64,000 bases of DNA from the human T2T-CHM13v2.0 reference genome, Homo sapiens. Below the pieces are notes generated by a model. The model saw only the letters and a program-made list of their open reading frames with translations, did no database searches and was not told the origin of the DNA. This document shows, piece by piece, positions 45,512 through 63,514 of this stretch (position 1 is its first letter; each line of letters starts with the position of its first letter). A program made the position numbers and the translations under genes. The DNA lies in NCBI RefSeq assembly GCF_009914755.1, contig NC_060928.1. The stretch is one strand, 5' to 3'.

Positions 45512-47142
45512 CTTCCTCCTTAAGAAAGTATGATGAACTTTATTGAACTTCTGGAGAGCAGTTTGCCTGGATTTGGGTGTTTGAATTCTGAATTCAAACT
45601 TTACTCACCCACTCACCTGGCCCATGTCTTTTTCCAGTGTTTCAGTCAGGGATCATTAAGAAGGGACATGGGTTCATCTAACTAGCTTTATTGAAAATAT
45701 GAAAGGGAATCTCTTGAAAACTAAAGTCAGTCAAGAAGTACATCCAGGCCTCAAGGAACCTGGAAAGTTACTAAACAGCTATTCAGACCATGTCTTGCTC
45801 CCTAAGACCATGTGGCCTTTGGGTTTTGCTTTTCTTTGTACATCTATTCCACTCTTCCTCCACTTTGTTTTGGTTCCAGGGTAGCTGCTCATAGCTTTAT
45901 CTTGCCATGATGCTGACTTTGTCCCTCACTCTACTTGGCATTGTGGGACCAGTATCTACCAATAGCTGGCTCTAATCTCCACATGTTTGGATCATACTCA
46001 TGAGAACCCCTGATTAATCACTGACCAGCCAGTAGTGAAGGCTGGAGTCCAGGCTGGCTGGAGAGGGATTTGTTTCGATGCTATCTGTACAGGGGTTTTG
46101 GTCACCTGCAGTTTTCCCCTCCCAGCAAGGGCTCCAGGAGGGAGCAGACTGTGAAGGTTTTATGGTTTGGACAGTCAAACTTGCTGATGTAACAGAGATT
46201 CTACTTGTTGAAATGTATGAATGTCCTTGAATAGGGCCTTCTCATATTCAGCCAGAAGCATCTTAGCAGGATTCCAAAAAGAAAGACTCAGTCTTCAGTG
46301 TTGACTTTAAAACAGGTTTTTGAATTCCATAATGAAACAATAGTCTTGAAATCCAGGCTTTGTGAAAAGAAAATAAGGATTTATAAATTACAAAAGCCTC
46401 TTTTACATGTCAAGAGCAGAAGGGGAATGCATTTGAATTGGTGATCTGAACAGAGTGTTTTATGAGAAACCAAAGATAGAGACTCAGGGTATGCAGTAAG
46501 AAAAGTCCCTTCCAGCCTTGTGGGGGTAGGGGACAGGCAAGGAATACGAGAAAAGTGAGAGAACTAGAAAAGCTACAGATTCCATGGGAAGGAATCTGTG
46601 CTCCCCAGGGGAGGAGGAGATGAGCAAGGGGTGGTGAATAAAGTACAGATGGGTGTGTGGCATCCTACTGTGGCAGGGCTTAGCTCTTGTTTCTGAGGGA
46701 TAATTTGGGAAATTGTCAGCCCCTTAAGAGTAGCCCTGAATTTAGCCTGGAGCTGGAACTTCATGGAGCCCTCGAGGGGTAATTTGAAAATGTCTAAGTG
46801 AGGTACTCAGGTGATGGGCCTGAGAAACCAGGGAATGTGTGCAGGGTATCCATAAGTTCTTAGATGCTGCTGTAGAGGGATGAAGAAGAGTCTGGGGTCA
46901 GAATGAGTCTGCAGCAGTTGGGGCCACACCATACTCAAGATAACCAGGTGGGACCAGCTATACCTCAGTGAGGACCCATGCAGGACCTGCAGGGACAAGA
47001 GTAGACCAGCCACACGACATCAGGGACCTGCAGAGACCATGGCCATTATGAAGATGTATGAGCTTTTCCCTTGTACCCAAGGGGGACCTTTTGGAGAAGA
47101 GAAATAGCCTTGAGAAGGAATTTGATAGTTGAACCAAGTGAA

Positions 47143-47482
<340 letters not shown>

Positions 47483-47723
47483 TGAGTTAGACCCAAAGGG
47501 TCTGTTTTAAATTAGAAGAAATTGAATTATCTTTAGTTTTCAAGTTTAAGTTTCTTTTCCACCGTCCACAGGAGTGGGACTTAAGAATGTGATGTGAACA
47601 GTTAGGGTGACAAAATACCCCTCCCCTTTTTTTGCACATCTGAACCATTGTGTTCACTGTGCTTTTATCATAGTATTGGGTCTACTAAGCCCACACCATT
47701 CCACCCATCATTTAAAAATATAT

Positions 47724-48090
<367 letters not shown>

Positions 48091-48944
48091 ACAAGGTAGC
48101 CAAGGAGTGTATACTTTGACTTACTTGTTCAATCAATATTTGTTGAACAAGTACTATTAAGTGGGCTCTAGTGGTATAGCGTGGAACAAGACCGGCATGA
48201 TCTCTTCCCTAAGCAGTGGTTAGTCTTTGGGATAAGGGAGGCAGGTCATGTTTCTGTCCAGATGAAGATTTGTCATTGTTCATTGCACTCTGTGGCCGCT
48301 TGGAGGTATTTCCTGCCCACATCATATAAGAAGTTAGTACAATTTGTGTATTGGGCAATGTGGTCAGGTGCTGAGTTAAAATTCATTCTAGTTTGAATTC
48401 ATTCTCTTTCTGTAAAGTTTCCCAGTGCCTATGGCTTTCTGAACCATTTCAACATATATTCATGATTGATCATCATTTGTCTAGCAAATGTTTATTCTGC
48501 ACCAGTTTATAGGTTCTCTATTAGTTGCCAAAGATTCCGAGATAGATAGATGAAGACCTTTCAATCTGCTGACTGTTTACTGGTGGAATATGAATAAATC
48601 AATAAACATGAGGAGGGAATGAAGCTAACTCGGCCTGAGTTTGTGCAGACAAGGCAGGTCTGCCAGTTATGTTGCACAGGGTGTGCACTGCACACGGTGT
48701 CAGGCCAGAAGGGCAGAAACCTAGCTCATGGGCCCTGGCATAGGGCTGCATACATCCAGGGGAAACATTGCATTTCTGTTTACACAAGGTGCCATTTGCT
48801 CACCAGGCACTGAGGCTCTCCATCCATTGGACTAGCCAGAGGAAGTAACATTTCCTCATTTGCAAAAGAGTGCTGTGAAATCTGACAAGCATTCATAAGA
48901 GAAAATGGGATGGTTGAACTGAGTTTAAAAGAAATTGGTCAAAA

Positions 48945-49742
<798 letters not shown>

Positions 49743-50244
49743 AAATCGACCAAAAAAGACAGAGGTTTTGGAGAGTTTTCTAGGTAAAAGGAAGAGTGTG
49801 AGTGGATGTACTGTGGAGGGAGAAGATGGTGAATTTGGAGAAGAATAAGCAGTTTGCAAAAGAGACTGTCCAGGAACATGCTGGGAGATTAGCCCACAAG
49901 GATGGTCAGAGGCCAATCATGAGGGGGCAGATGTGCTGAGAAATTGGCCATTTGTCCTGTAGCTCTGGGGAACCTTTGGAGATTTAAATGTAAACTCTAA
50001 ATCAATACATTTAGCATGGATTCACCCTTCCTGGCCTGCAGCCCTTCTCTCCCCCACTGGCATCTCTATTTTTCTGACCTCTCATTTTCTTTCCTGCCTT
50101 GGCCACACGCTTTGGGATTTAACTATAGTCTGCCTTTTCACTATGTATCCATCTGCTGTGAAATCTTCCTCTCCCTTTATCTCTTACCAGATGTAAAGCT
50201 CTGTGACAGCAAAGATTGTGCCTTGTACTCCTAAAAAATATCTC

Positions 50245-50885
<641 letters not shown>

Positions 50886-51579
50886 AGGCTTAACAAATAA
50901 CAGTTGGGAAATTGACTTGATTTTAATTAGTTTATTTTACATGTTCAGGATGTTTTGCCTAAAAGGTAATAGTATAAATCTTGGAAGGAAGCAAGAAGGA
51001 ATTAAGGGATAAAAGAAAGGAGAGAGAGAAAGAAAAGAGTTGGGAGAGAACAAGTGCCAGTCTTGGGCCTTACAGTCTGAGGTTTCCATGCTGCTGGATT
51101 GGGATATGAGATGAGCTCATAGTTCTGTGTTTCAAGACTCTGAGCCCATCACAAGCAGATCATCAGGTGTCCAGGAAGAGGTTGGGGTTCCATATCCTCA
51201 CAGATGAGAAGATTACCTGGGTAGGAGGCAGAATTGTATCATCATCTGGTTGTCTTCCCAGAGTCTAGCTTTGTTTTGATATCTTTTTGTCTTCAATGCT
51301 TGCTGGGAAAAAAAACTTTTCCTCTCCTATACTGTTGCAATTCTGGTCACCAAAATGTATGTGCTTTCCCTCCACACCATGCAATTCTCCACTTTGTGGA
51401 AGACACTGACTGAATTGTCATACAATGTAACTCAATTTGATGCTATTGGCTGGGCATGGTGGCTCATATCCGTAATCCCAGCAGTTCAGGAGGCTGAGGC
51501 AGGAGAATTGCTTAAACCTGGGTGTTCAAGAACAGCCTGGGCAACATAGCAAGATCCTGTTTCTACAAAAATTTTTTTA

Positions 51580-52373
<794 letters not shown>

Positions 52374-52584
52374 TGACCTCGTGAATCACCTGCCTCGGCC
52401 TCCCAAAGTGCTGGGATTACAGATGTGAGCCACGGTGCCTGGACTGTTACCTGTGTTTCTGACATACTTGCTATAAATCAGGGATCCCCATGACCCCCTC
52501 CTAAGTTTTAATCATTTGCTGCCACTGCTCACAGAACTCAGGAAAGTGATTGACTTAGTATTACCCATTTATTATAAAAGGATA

Positions 52585-53232
52585 TGTAGGGGAGTTTTAA
52601 ATTTTCCTCTATTCTCTGAAGGTTTGATAAGTTGAATCTATGAAAATCAACTGACAATAGACAAATGAACAGGAGAAAAGGCACGCAAATTTATAACATG
52701 CATATGCATGGGAGAATCTCAAAGTATGAGATTCAAAAAAGGGCAAGATACTTGAAGCTTAAATAACAGCTTGAACTACAGAAAGAAATCGAAGCTTGGA
52801 GGTTCCTGGAGGGTGGTGGTGAAAAACTATTGGACGGTGAGGGGAGAGACTGCATTTTGAATAAAGATTGTCTCATTGTGCAGATAAAATCTCTCAGGTA
52901 GCTGCCCTCAGAAGAACAGGTGAAAAGTCTGTCCAGGCGTGGTGTCTTGGGAGATGAGTCCTCTAGTCTCCTGCTGTGTGAATTAATCTTCTCTGGTTAA
53001 TGTAGAGATCAGGGAGGAGGTTCACGGCAACCACATTCATTCTGGAGGAACTTCCCTTAGTCAGAGACGGAAAATTGCAGAGAAAACACCTCCCTGTGCT
53101 TCAAGAGGGCCTCGGGAGGGAAGGAGGGGTGAGAGGCAGGGGATCAGGAGGTCAGAGAGATTCTCCTGTAGTTCAAAGCACTCAGCATGCCAAAACACCA
53201 TACTTTGGGGCATTGTTTTGTGAGCCCCAACA
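52585..53232 (-). mobile_element. MER34/MER39-group solo LTR nested in MER21
   Basis: TGTAGGGG...GAGCCCCAACA; perfect TSD GATA. Confidence 0.75.
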
Positions 53233-54114
53233 GATACATCTCAGGACCAGCCAGATGGAAGAGATGAATGGGACAAGTTACAGGGGTAGGGGCACAGCTC
53301 TCCCATGCCCTCTCTGGATGCACCACCCTCCACCACCTCCACATGTTCAGCAACCTGTAATTTCTCAGAATCCTGTACTTTTGGGTTTTTATAGAGGCTT
53401 CATCACTTAGACATGATTGGTTAAATCACTGGCCATTGGTGATCATCTCAACCTTTAGCTACTCTCTCCTCCTCCGAGGTCTGGGGATGGGGTTGAAAGT
53501 TCCAGCCCTCTAATCACATGGTTGATTCCTATCCAACCAGCCCCCATCCCGAAGGAATCCAGGAGCTCCCAGCCATCAGTCTTCTCCTTAGCACACAAAT
53601 AAACCCTTATTTCTTCCCAGATTCCAAGGGTTTTAGGAGCTGTGTGCCAGGAAAGAGAGAAAGACCAATATATATATATTTCTTATTATATCGCAACATC
53701 ACAGTGTCTCTTATTATCCCCTGCCCCACAGCACCCGCCCCCCCCTACCCCAACACACACACACACATCCTTCTCAAGGTCATGATCATTCAGGGAGCAA
53801 AAGCACCGAGACGAGAGGTTTAACCCCAACTGAAACCAGAACATGTTCACTTCAATGGGTTTCCTCTGGAAGAAGTTCATATTTTAAAGTTTTTAATGTC
53901 TGTTTACCCCATTAAACACTTGGTCTTTGGTTAAAGGAATTTTAGGTAATAGTTCAGAGGTGGGAGATATTTGGGAGTTTTGAGAGAAGCAGGACTTAAC
54001 CTTTGGCTTTGACATCATAGTCAGTATAGGATGACCTGAAGGATAAACACGTTTTGAAGGTCTAGGATGCCCAACAATGATGTCACCCCAGCCTTTTGAT
54101 TCTCTCCCTTGGTT

Positions 54115-54600
54115 CCCATGTCCACAAATACAAAGGGTCCTAGGCCCATTTTCACGTGACCTTTTGGGTCAGTCAGACCACACAGGAGACACCTGGCACT
54201 CTCAGAGGGTCTAATGGAAAAGGGTTTAGTGACGAGGTTATTTACTGAGAGGAGTGGGGGTATGAAGCTCTCCAGGTTTAGCCACAGTGGGGCTACTGCT
54301 TTCCTAGGCCTGAAGAAGCTGAGGTGGGGGATGATGTTACAGAATTGGGAAGGCAGAAGCTGTGGTCATATTAGAATGCAGCCACTGCCAAGATGTGGCC
54401 AGGCCGGGAGAAAACAGAGGGCTCAGCACTCCAATGTCTTTTTCTTCCTGTCCTTTGATTTCCCGCCGGTGCCACCCAGTGGTCAAATAAAAATGGAAGC
54501 CAAAGACCAGGCAGGCTGGGTGATGCAATCCACAGAGAAGGGGAGAGGAAGAGAAGGGTGGGGAATTGACCTGACAGGCGAAGAGAATAACTGGCTGTCT
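54115..54600 (-). mobile_element. Old ERVL LTR (LTR41-like)
   Basis: TTCCTGTCCTTTGATTTCCCGCCGGTGCCACCCAGTGG...GGAAGCCA...GATGCAATCC...GAATAACTGGC. Confidence 0.45.
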
Positions 54601-54911
54601 ACTCTCCTCCCATCCAGTTCCTGGAGACCCCCAGCCCCATTCCCTGCTTGAAAATCATGACGCTCGCAGAAAGTCAGATTTGCAGGATATTAAAAAAAGA
54701 AAGATAGAAAATAAAGGACACTTTTATACTTTATGCTCTGTAGATTTCAGTGACATTTTTGCACCTTTTGTTTATCTCAAAACAACTTTGTGAAATACAT
54801 ATTATGGAACTAAGTAGGTAAGTGTGTCTTGCTCAAATCACAATGAATGGAATCAGGACTTGACTTGACCCTCATGTCTCTAAGCTTTTCTCTTTCTTTT
54901 AGACGAGTGTC

Positions 54912-55508
<597 letters not shown>

Positions 55509-55852
55509 GTTAGACCACCTTCTCTTTTCACTCTGTTTATTCTTTCATTCATTTCTTCATTCATTCTCATTTATTGAACATCTTTTATGTGCCAGATCCT
55601 GAACTCAAACATCGCCAGATTTTGAATTCGGTATCATCATCTCACGCATTTGTTCAGTGCAAATTCTTTCTCCATTCTCCTTACACGCCCTGCTTCACCA
55701 CTTTCACTTTCCTAAACAATCCATGCCTTCTTTCATCTTGGGGACCTTTGCAAAACTCCACCTATCCTTTTCCCCTCTCTCTGTGAGCTAATTCCTAGTC
55801 ATCCTTCAGCTATAGAATCCTGCCTCTATCCTCAAAATCTGGCTTTGGTTCT

Positions 55853-56398
55853 TGAGGCAATTTTTAAATTGGGCTGCAAGTTATTTGACACTCACTCCAA
55901 AGAGGTAGAAACTATGTCACGTCTCCTTGATGTGTACTCATGACTACTTCAACCAATAAAGTATGGTGGAAGTGAAATGGTGTGACTTCCAAAGCCAGGT
56001 CATCAAAGGTCATGCAGCTTCCACCTTATTTGCTGGAATGCTCACTTTTGGAGCCCTGAGCTGCTGTGTAAGAAATCCAAATACCCAAGGCCACCATGGT
56101 AGAGAGGCCATATGTAAGTGCTCTAGGGGACAATTCCAATTAGATCCAGCATTCCAGCCATCTCTGCCAGGGAGCAAGACATGTAACTGGGTTATCTTGT
56201 ACTCTCCAGACCAGCCCACCCACAAAATGGATGACACTGAGTGACCCCCATTGATGCCACGGTTAACACAAAAATCACCCAGCTGAACCATGCCTGAATT
56301 TGTGACCCACAACATTTATGAGATGTAATAAAATTGTTATTGCTTTAAGCCAGTATGTTCTGGGATGGTATTTTGTGTAGCAATAGATAACTGCAACA
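55853..56398 (+). mobile_element. MaLR solo LTR (MLT1G/H-like) within an L2
   Basis: GGAAGTGA...TGTGACTTCCAAAGCCAGGTCAT...TTTAAGCCA...GCAATAGATAACTGCAACA. Confidence 0.8.
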
Positions 56399-57139
56399 AT
56401 TCTCTCTATGTGCTTCCATAGCATTCTGTTTTGTGAAGTTTATTGCATTGGAGCTTAACTTCTAAGATCTACTTGTCTGTGTTTCCTAACAGAAAATATG
56501 AAGCCTGAAATGATATTTTGCTGCCAATTGTATTTCTAATATCTAGCATCGGTTCCACACAAAATATGGACTTAATAATTATTTTTTAAAATTTGGGTTC
56601 AATTTTTTTAAATTTTGGGAACAGAGCTTATTACAGGTAAGGTGTTCATATGTTTGTGTCTGCCTGGACCGACTGATCTGATGTAATTATTAATAGAGTC
56701 CTCTTTCAGTTTCAAAATGTAAAGGATAAATGATACGAGCACTCTAATTAGAGGGGTCCTCGTGGGACCAGGGAAGGATTCTGAGTGATGCCCATCAGAT
56801 TCATTAGAGTTCGGATTTGTCTCCGGTTGGATAAGAATGTTGAATTTTTAGATGAGCAATTTTAAAGAGTGACTGTTATTACCCTTGTCACCATTATATT
56901 TTGATTATATGCTCTATAATTAGATGTTGAAAATGCTAATGCATATTAATACTTGATTGATTTGATTACCCATCATAATTATACTTTGATCACTTTTGAT
57001 AAATATATTGATTCATTTTTTATTTACTTCACAGTATTCTTTGTATAACTGCTTTGATAATATCTGATTACATCTTAATATTTGATTGCTTTGAGTAGCT
57101 CTTGTTTTAACCGTTGGGAAGTTGGATCATATTAGCTAT

Positions 57140-57335
57140 GATGAACCTACTAGTGGTTATGAGGGTAGATTTTACAGTAAAACATACCTGGGTTTGATGT
57201 TCCCCATTACTTATACTGTGTGACATTGGGTAGGTCACTTAACCTCTCTGGCCTTTAGTTTCCCCATCTCTAAAATGGAAGATGATAAAAGTTACTCATG
57301 AGGGTGCCTGGTGGATTAAATAAGATAATCATGTA
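57140..57335 (+). mobile_element. MIR
   Basis: TGTGACATTGGGTAGGTCACTTAACCTCTCTG...CCCCATCTCTAAAATGG. Confidence 0.75.
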
Positions 57336-57977
57336 TTAGTAGGGTATTCTGGCTGGTCCCTAACTGACATTCTAGATAATTCTCATGTGTAGACGGATGA
57401 TATCCCCTACTCCACCCAAATATCTATTTGCATGAGCTGATACACATTAAGGCTTTTTGTTGATGTTGTTTCAGGAGGGGGCTCAGGGAGAAGGGAGAAG
57501 TTGTTCTGGGTAGGGTGCTGATGAAGGGGAGAGGAAGAGAAGAGAAATGAAGGAGAGGCCATGTCGTGGGCTCCATTCTGCCATTCAGGCCACAAGGTCC
57601 AGGTGTTCAGAGTACAAGAGGGCCTGGCCAAAGGGACAAGTGGGCTGACATCTGGCCACAGGGTTGCATTTGCTTGGGTGGCATGAGTATCTTTTCTAAT
57701 TCACACCGAGGAGCCATGAGAGCCGCTCAGAGGTGTCACATGAAAGAAGGACTCAGTTGAGACTCAGTAGAAATGAAAGAGAAGAGAGAGACTGAGCGCA
57801 AACCCTGAAGTTCCTATGTGTGTGGAGGGTTTTGTGAGACTCTAGGTACCAGAACAGCAGTTGAGGCCCGGGAGAGCCTCTTTTCCCCTAGTGCTGTAGT
57901 TTGTGCCCTGGATCCCACAGTGCTCTGTGGGAGATGGCTGTGCCTGGCGATCAGCCTTCTCATGGGATTTGGGGACA

Positions 57978-57981
<4 letters not shown>

Positions 57982-58009
<28 letters not shown>
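57982..58009. repeat. (GT)n microsatellite
   Basis: About 14 GT units. Confidence 0.95.
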
Positions 58010-58074
58010 CACGTGCACATGCTGAGAGGAGAGGAACATGGATGGTATGTGGGTGGCGGTGACCCTTAATTACT

Positions 58075-58330
58075 GTAATAGCTAGAAATTATAGAGCATT
58101 TAGCTCCAGGTACTTTGCCAAACACTTTATACACATTATCATTTTTAATGGTCACAACAACCCTGTGACAATTACCACTAGTACTTTTATTATCCCCAGT
58201 CTACAGATGGGAAATAGAGGCAAAGAGAAATTAAGGAACTTCTCCCGATGCTACAGAGAGTAGAGCTGGGATTTGAATCCAGACGGTCAGATGCCAGAGT
58301 CGCTACTTTTAGCCATGACGCCATATTTCC
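58075..58330 (-). mobile_element. MIR
   Basis: TTATTATCCCCAGTCTACAGATGGGAAATAGAGGC...CTGGGATTTGAATCCAG. Confidence 0.75.
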
Positions 58331-59568
58331 TCCTCATCAGGGAAACTGGAACTGTTCCTGACATGGGTGAGCCCCCTACTCCTATCCCTGGGGTCACCGG
58401 GAGCGGGGAGGAGCTCAACTGCTGCATAAGCCCATGATCCCCAACTCACTGAAATCTGTGTTAATGGGATACATCACTTCCTCAGCCTAGGGACACTGTG
58501 TTTTGGATATAAAGCATACTTGCCCAGGACCTGGCTCTGGCTTAGGACTCAGTAGAGAATTCTATTTTTAGTGTTCTGGATGATTGGCTTAGCAGTTCCT
58601 TTCTTGAGTCATGTTTTTACAGATGAGAACACAGAGAACCTCTTAGCCAAGTCAGTGCTCACTTTGACCTTCTGTTGAGCCTGTCCTTGTCTCTGACCCA
58701 AACTGAAGTCCACAGTGCAATGGGATGACCTGCCTTCTCTCCAGCTGGGGGGAGACTCAGGTGTGGGTAATGGTCCCCTGGCACTGGGCCACTGGAGAAG
58801 GAAGGCTATTAGCTGCCCATCTGCCGGCTGCTGTCACTGGCTGCTGTCCAAATGACCCACAAGCCCTGGGAACGTTCAATGACCAGACACAGCCATGTGC
58901 TCCTGGAACACCGGAGCGACCACCCCATACTGAAAGGACACCTTTCCAGAATCCCATATGAGTCCCCACACATTAGCAAGCCTCTTCTCTTAATCCTTCC
59001 TTCCTTTGCAGAAAACCGATGTACCTACATCTCATCCCTGAAACTGTGAGATATTATCTTTTCTTTTCCATCCCTCTATTTTATAACTTTTTGAGTATAG
59101 TACAGTAATATTTTTAATATGTTAGGGATTTCCAAAATTGAGATGTTACTTTTTTCATATATATATATATAAAGTTACATTTTTTGGTCATGCATGGATT
59201 TAAAAAAAAATCCTTCGAGGAAATAAAGTAAAATGCTAACAAGTCTGTGGGTGATGCGATTATGGGTTAATTTAATTTTCTTCTCTGTACTTCGCAGTAA
59301 GAATGTTCTGTTTTTAATGATATGAAAGGAAGTAGATTTTGTTTGTATGGGTTTTTTTTTTAGATTAGTTGCCTCTTTCAATATTTTTATTCTATCTAGT
59401 GCAAACTATAGTGCAACTTTATTTCAAGTAGGCATGGTATTTTTTTTTTTACTCCATTTTGCTCCCTAAAATTTCTCTAGGATGGATCTGTTCTGCTAAG
59501 GAGTAAGTGGACTAGAAACCAAAAGTACAGACTCAGGCAACTTCTCATACAGATGGAAAGAGCTTTGA

Positions 59569-59940
<372 letters not shown>

Positions 59941-60672
59941 TAAAGCCACTTAGACTCCATGGCCTCTGCCATCTCTTCCAGGCCTGAACCTCAGTGAATC
60001 TTTGCTGTCTTGTGGAAATCAGCTGGAAAATAGGGCAACAATTAGCCTACAGCTGACTTTGTTAGAATATAACGATTTAAATACTTGAAGATCCTGGTAG
60101 TTCAAATTAAGTATGAGAATGGTTCTTCTGGTGCTGAGCAAAGGAAGAAAACTGAAGTAGTAGCAATCTGGCTGGCTTTTCCTGGAACTGTACTTGACGT
60201 GTTTTTTTTTTTTTTGAGGTGGGGTCTCACTCTGTCACCCACGCTGGAGTGCAGTGGCACAATCATAGCTCACTGCAGCCTTGACATCCTGGGCTCAGAT
60301 TTCTCTCTCCTCTTTTTATGTACACATATATGTATGTATGTATGTACACATACATACATATATTTATATATGTAAATTTTTCTGAACTATTTGGGAATAA
60401 GTTGCATACATCCAAAGCTGTTGCCCTGGCACTCAGTGCAGTCCAGTCCTGGCCTGGATGTCCCTCAAGCCTGGTGCCACATCTTCCCTCCCATCACTCC
60501 CACTGCCACCAGCACACCCTCAGACTCAGACCTAGCGTTTTTCCTCTCATCAGAAAGCCCTCCCTCTACCCACGCAGACCAGAACTCCACTGTACGTGCC
60601 CTTCCTTGGGTGTTAAAAAGAAGAGTATTTAATTTGATTGGCTCACTTGGGAGAAGAGGCCAGCTCCCGACT

Positions 60673-61218
60673 AGAGTGCAGTGGTGCGATCATAGCTCAC
60701 TGCAACCTCAAACTCCCACCTCAGCCTCTCAAGTAGTTGGCACTACAGGCATGCGCCACCACACCTGGTTTTTTTTGTTTTTGTTTTTGTAGAGACCGAT
60801 TTTCGTCATGTTGCCCAGGCTGGTCTTGAACTCCTAGACTCAAGCGATCTGTCCGCCTTTGTCTCCCAAAGTGCTGGGATTACACAGGTGAGCCACCATG
60901 CCTGGCCTACTTGGTTTTTTTTTTTTTTTTTTGAGTTGGAGTCTTGCTCTGTTGCCCAGGCTGGAGTGCAGTGGCACAATCTTGGTTCACTGCAACCTCC
61001 GCTTGCTGGGTTCAAGTGATTCTCATGCCTCAGCCTCCTGAGTTGCTGGGATTACAGGTACCTGCCACCATGCCCGGCTAATTTTCATAGTTTTAGTGGA
61101 GATGGGATTTCACCATGTTGACCAGGCTGGTCTCTAACTCCTGACCTCAAGCGATCCGCTTGCCTTGCCTCGGCCTCCCAAAGTTCTGGGCTTACAGGTG
61201 TGAGCCGCCGTGCCCAGT
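60673..61218 (-). mobile_element. Tandem AluJ (60673-60908, partial) and AluS (60912-61218); another Alu fragment at 60200-60298
   Basis: Alu consensus motifs. Confidence 0.88.
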
Positions 61219-62118
61219 CTAATTGGCATATTTGTAGAGAAGAACCCACATGGGATAGGAAGGAAAGAAGATGGTCTAGTGTCTACTACTAGTGTCTACA
61301 AGCCCATCCCATGTGGTCAATGGATGGGACACAAAAAATCAAAAACACGAAGAGGAAGCCAGAAATGTCTCCCAGCTGGGGAGAGTATAAAGCGTCATAG
61401 GCCCCTTTTCCCATTCATGGGGCTGTGTGGTAGGAACGCAACAGCAGCCTCCATGTATTCTGTGACAGTTAATTCATCAATTTTGTTTTCCTTTAGTTAA
61501 ACTGTAAGTTTAAGGTAAATATTGATATTTTCTAAGATATAAAAGCAGTCACTCATCACAATGCATTTCAACAAAACCAAACAGTTTGGTGATCGAGACT
61601 CACAGAGATTTCTCCTAATTGGATAAAAAGATGAGGCCTGTGCTTTTTCATTTGCTTGATTAATTACTGCTCTGAAACCCTTGAAAACAGACATGGTCTG
61701 TAAGTGGTATCTGTTGTTTAATCGAGGACAGATGTTTTTGAAAACCTTTTAAATAGGCCTAGAGAGTTATTGACTCTGAAGTGAATCATTGAACTGTATG
61801 TTTTTTACAAGTAACATGCCAGCAAAAAATGATTTTTACTAATATTCAAGTTATAGTCACCATAATTGTGGTTTGTCCTAAACCTACCAGCATCTAGAAG
61901 CAGCTGCAAGATAATGGTAGTAAATGGCATCACCATCGACCCAGGGGACTAGGCTGAAAATCCAATAATCACTCACAACTTCTTCCTGCCTGTACTTCTC
62001 TCCCTCATTCCTGCTCTGTCCAAGCCCCGTTGTCATTCTCAAGTTCATTGCCTAAGAGCAGTATCTCTCCAGGTGTCTCCTGTGTCTGTTCCTACCACCG
62101 CTTATGTTAAGACAACTG

Positions 62119-62746
62119 TGATATGGCTTCGGTGACTGGAGGAGCACCAGGGTCCTTAGTCTCATGCTGATTTAGATAAAACAACACGGACACATATAGA
62201 GTGGTTTTAAGGAGCGGAGAGTTTAATAGGTAAGAAAGAAGGAAGAAGCTCCCCCATACAGAGACTGGAGGGGGGGCTCCAAGCCAAGAGAGGAAACCCC
62301 ATGTGCCGCAGAAAAGTGGCTGCTTATATGAGTAGGCTGGAGGAGGTGGTGTCTGACTTGGGTAGGGCTCAGGGGATTGGTTTGACCAGGCATGTCATTC
62401 ACGTAGCCTATGGAAAAACTGGCCCTCCCACCCTAGCCTTTTAATATGCAAATGCAGGGTGCCATGATGTTCTACACACGTGGAGATATGTGGGGGTGGT
62501 CATGTTGCCAGGCACATGTAGGGGCAAGGGCAAGAGGACAAGGGTGGGAATTGCCATGTTTGGGTGGACCCGGTTTCTAATGGCCTGCATTTGCATATCA
62601 AAGCTTGCCAGCCCGGCTCTAAGAGCTGGGGCTTTCCTGCTAGACAAGAAGCATTTCTGGAGCTGCTTTAAAAGAAACAAAAACTTCCCAAGGACCCCTT
62701 TTCCTCTCTATCTGCCTAAAATAATTTCTTAATAACTCCTATAACA
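62119..62746 (-). mobile_element. LTR9/MER61-type ERV1 solo LTR
   Basis: Reverse complement begins TGTTATAGGAGTTATTAAGAAATTATTTTAGGCAGATAGAGAGG; TSD ACTG/ACCG. Confidence 0.8.
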
Positions 62747-62754
62747 ACCGTATC

Positions 62755-63512
62755 TATTAGGCCTGGTAGAAAACTACATGCACCCCAGATGGGTGAAGTG
62801 AAGAGACTTTAATGAGGACACTATTTGAGAAGCGTAGCGGAGGAGAATGGAAAAGCAAGGAGCAGTGGGGCACCTGGGTGACAAGAAGAGTGATGCCCTT
62901 CCTACTCCTAGGGCTGGGGCAGTGGGAGGATACTGTGTTCCCAAGACCCAGTGAGAGCCAATGGAAGAGGCTATGGGCTGTGATCACCCAGTGGTTGCCA
63001 TGGTCAAAGAGAGCATGTGGAAGAGGCTGTGGCCTGTGTAGCACCGAAGTTGGGGTGAAGGGATAAAAACACCAACCCTTCCTCCTCCTGTCTTCTAGTC
63101 TTGTCGGTACCTCCTACTGGCCAAACCCAACTGACACCAAAGGGCAAGGGAGCCCAGGAGATGCAGTCCTCAGGCTCCTCTCTCCTGCACTAAGCACCAA
63201 ATGCTGGTGAGGGTGTGGAGCAATAGGATCTCTCATTCGTTGCTGGTGGGAATGCAAAAGGTAAAGCACTTTGGAAGACAGATTGTTTTTCACAGAGCTG
63301 AACGTGATCTTATCATACATTCCAGCAATCATACTCCTTGATATTTCTCCAGTGGGTTGAAAACTTACATCCACACAAAAATCCTCAGAGGAATGTTTCT
63401 AGCAGTTTTATCCATAATTGCTCAAACTTGATCACAACAGTTTCTCTGCACAGGGTAGGGCAGAGACAGCAGAGTGGGTCTGGAGGCTCAAATGAAGAAT
63501 AACTAGCACAGC
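62755..63512 (-). mobile_element. Old ERVL LTR (LTR41-like) with an L1MC/MD fragment inserted (~63192-63430, plus)
   Basis: CCTCCTACTGGCCAAACCCAAC...AGGGCAAGGGAGCCC...GAATAACTAGCACA; L1 part CACCAAATGCTGGTGAGGGTGTGGAGCAA. Confidence 0.55.
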
Positions 63513-63514
63513 AA

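Noticed and set aside
56690-57110. AT-rich stretch with TGATTGAT and TAATTA motifs
   Set aside because: Such motifs are expected by chance at this base composition; no independent support.
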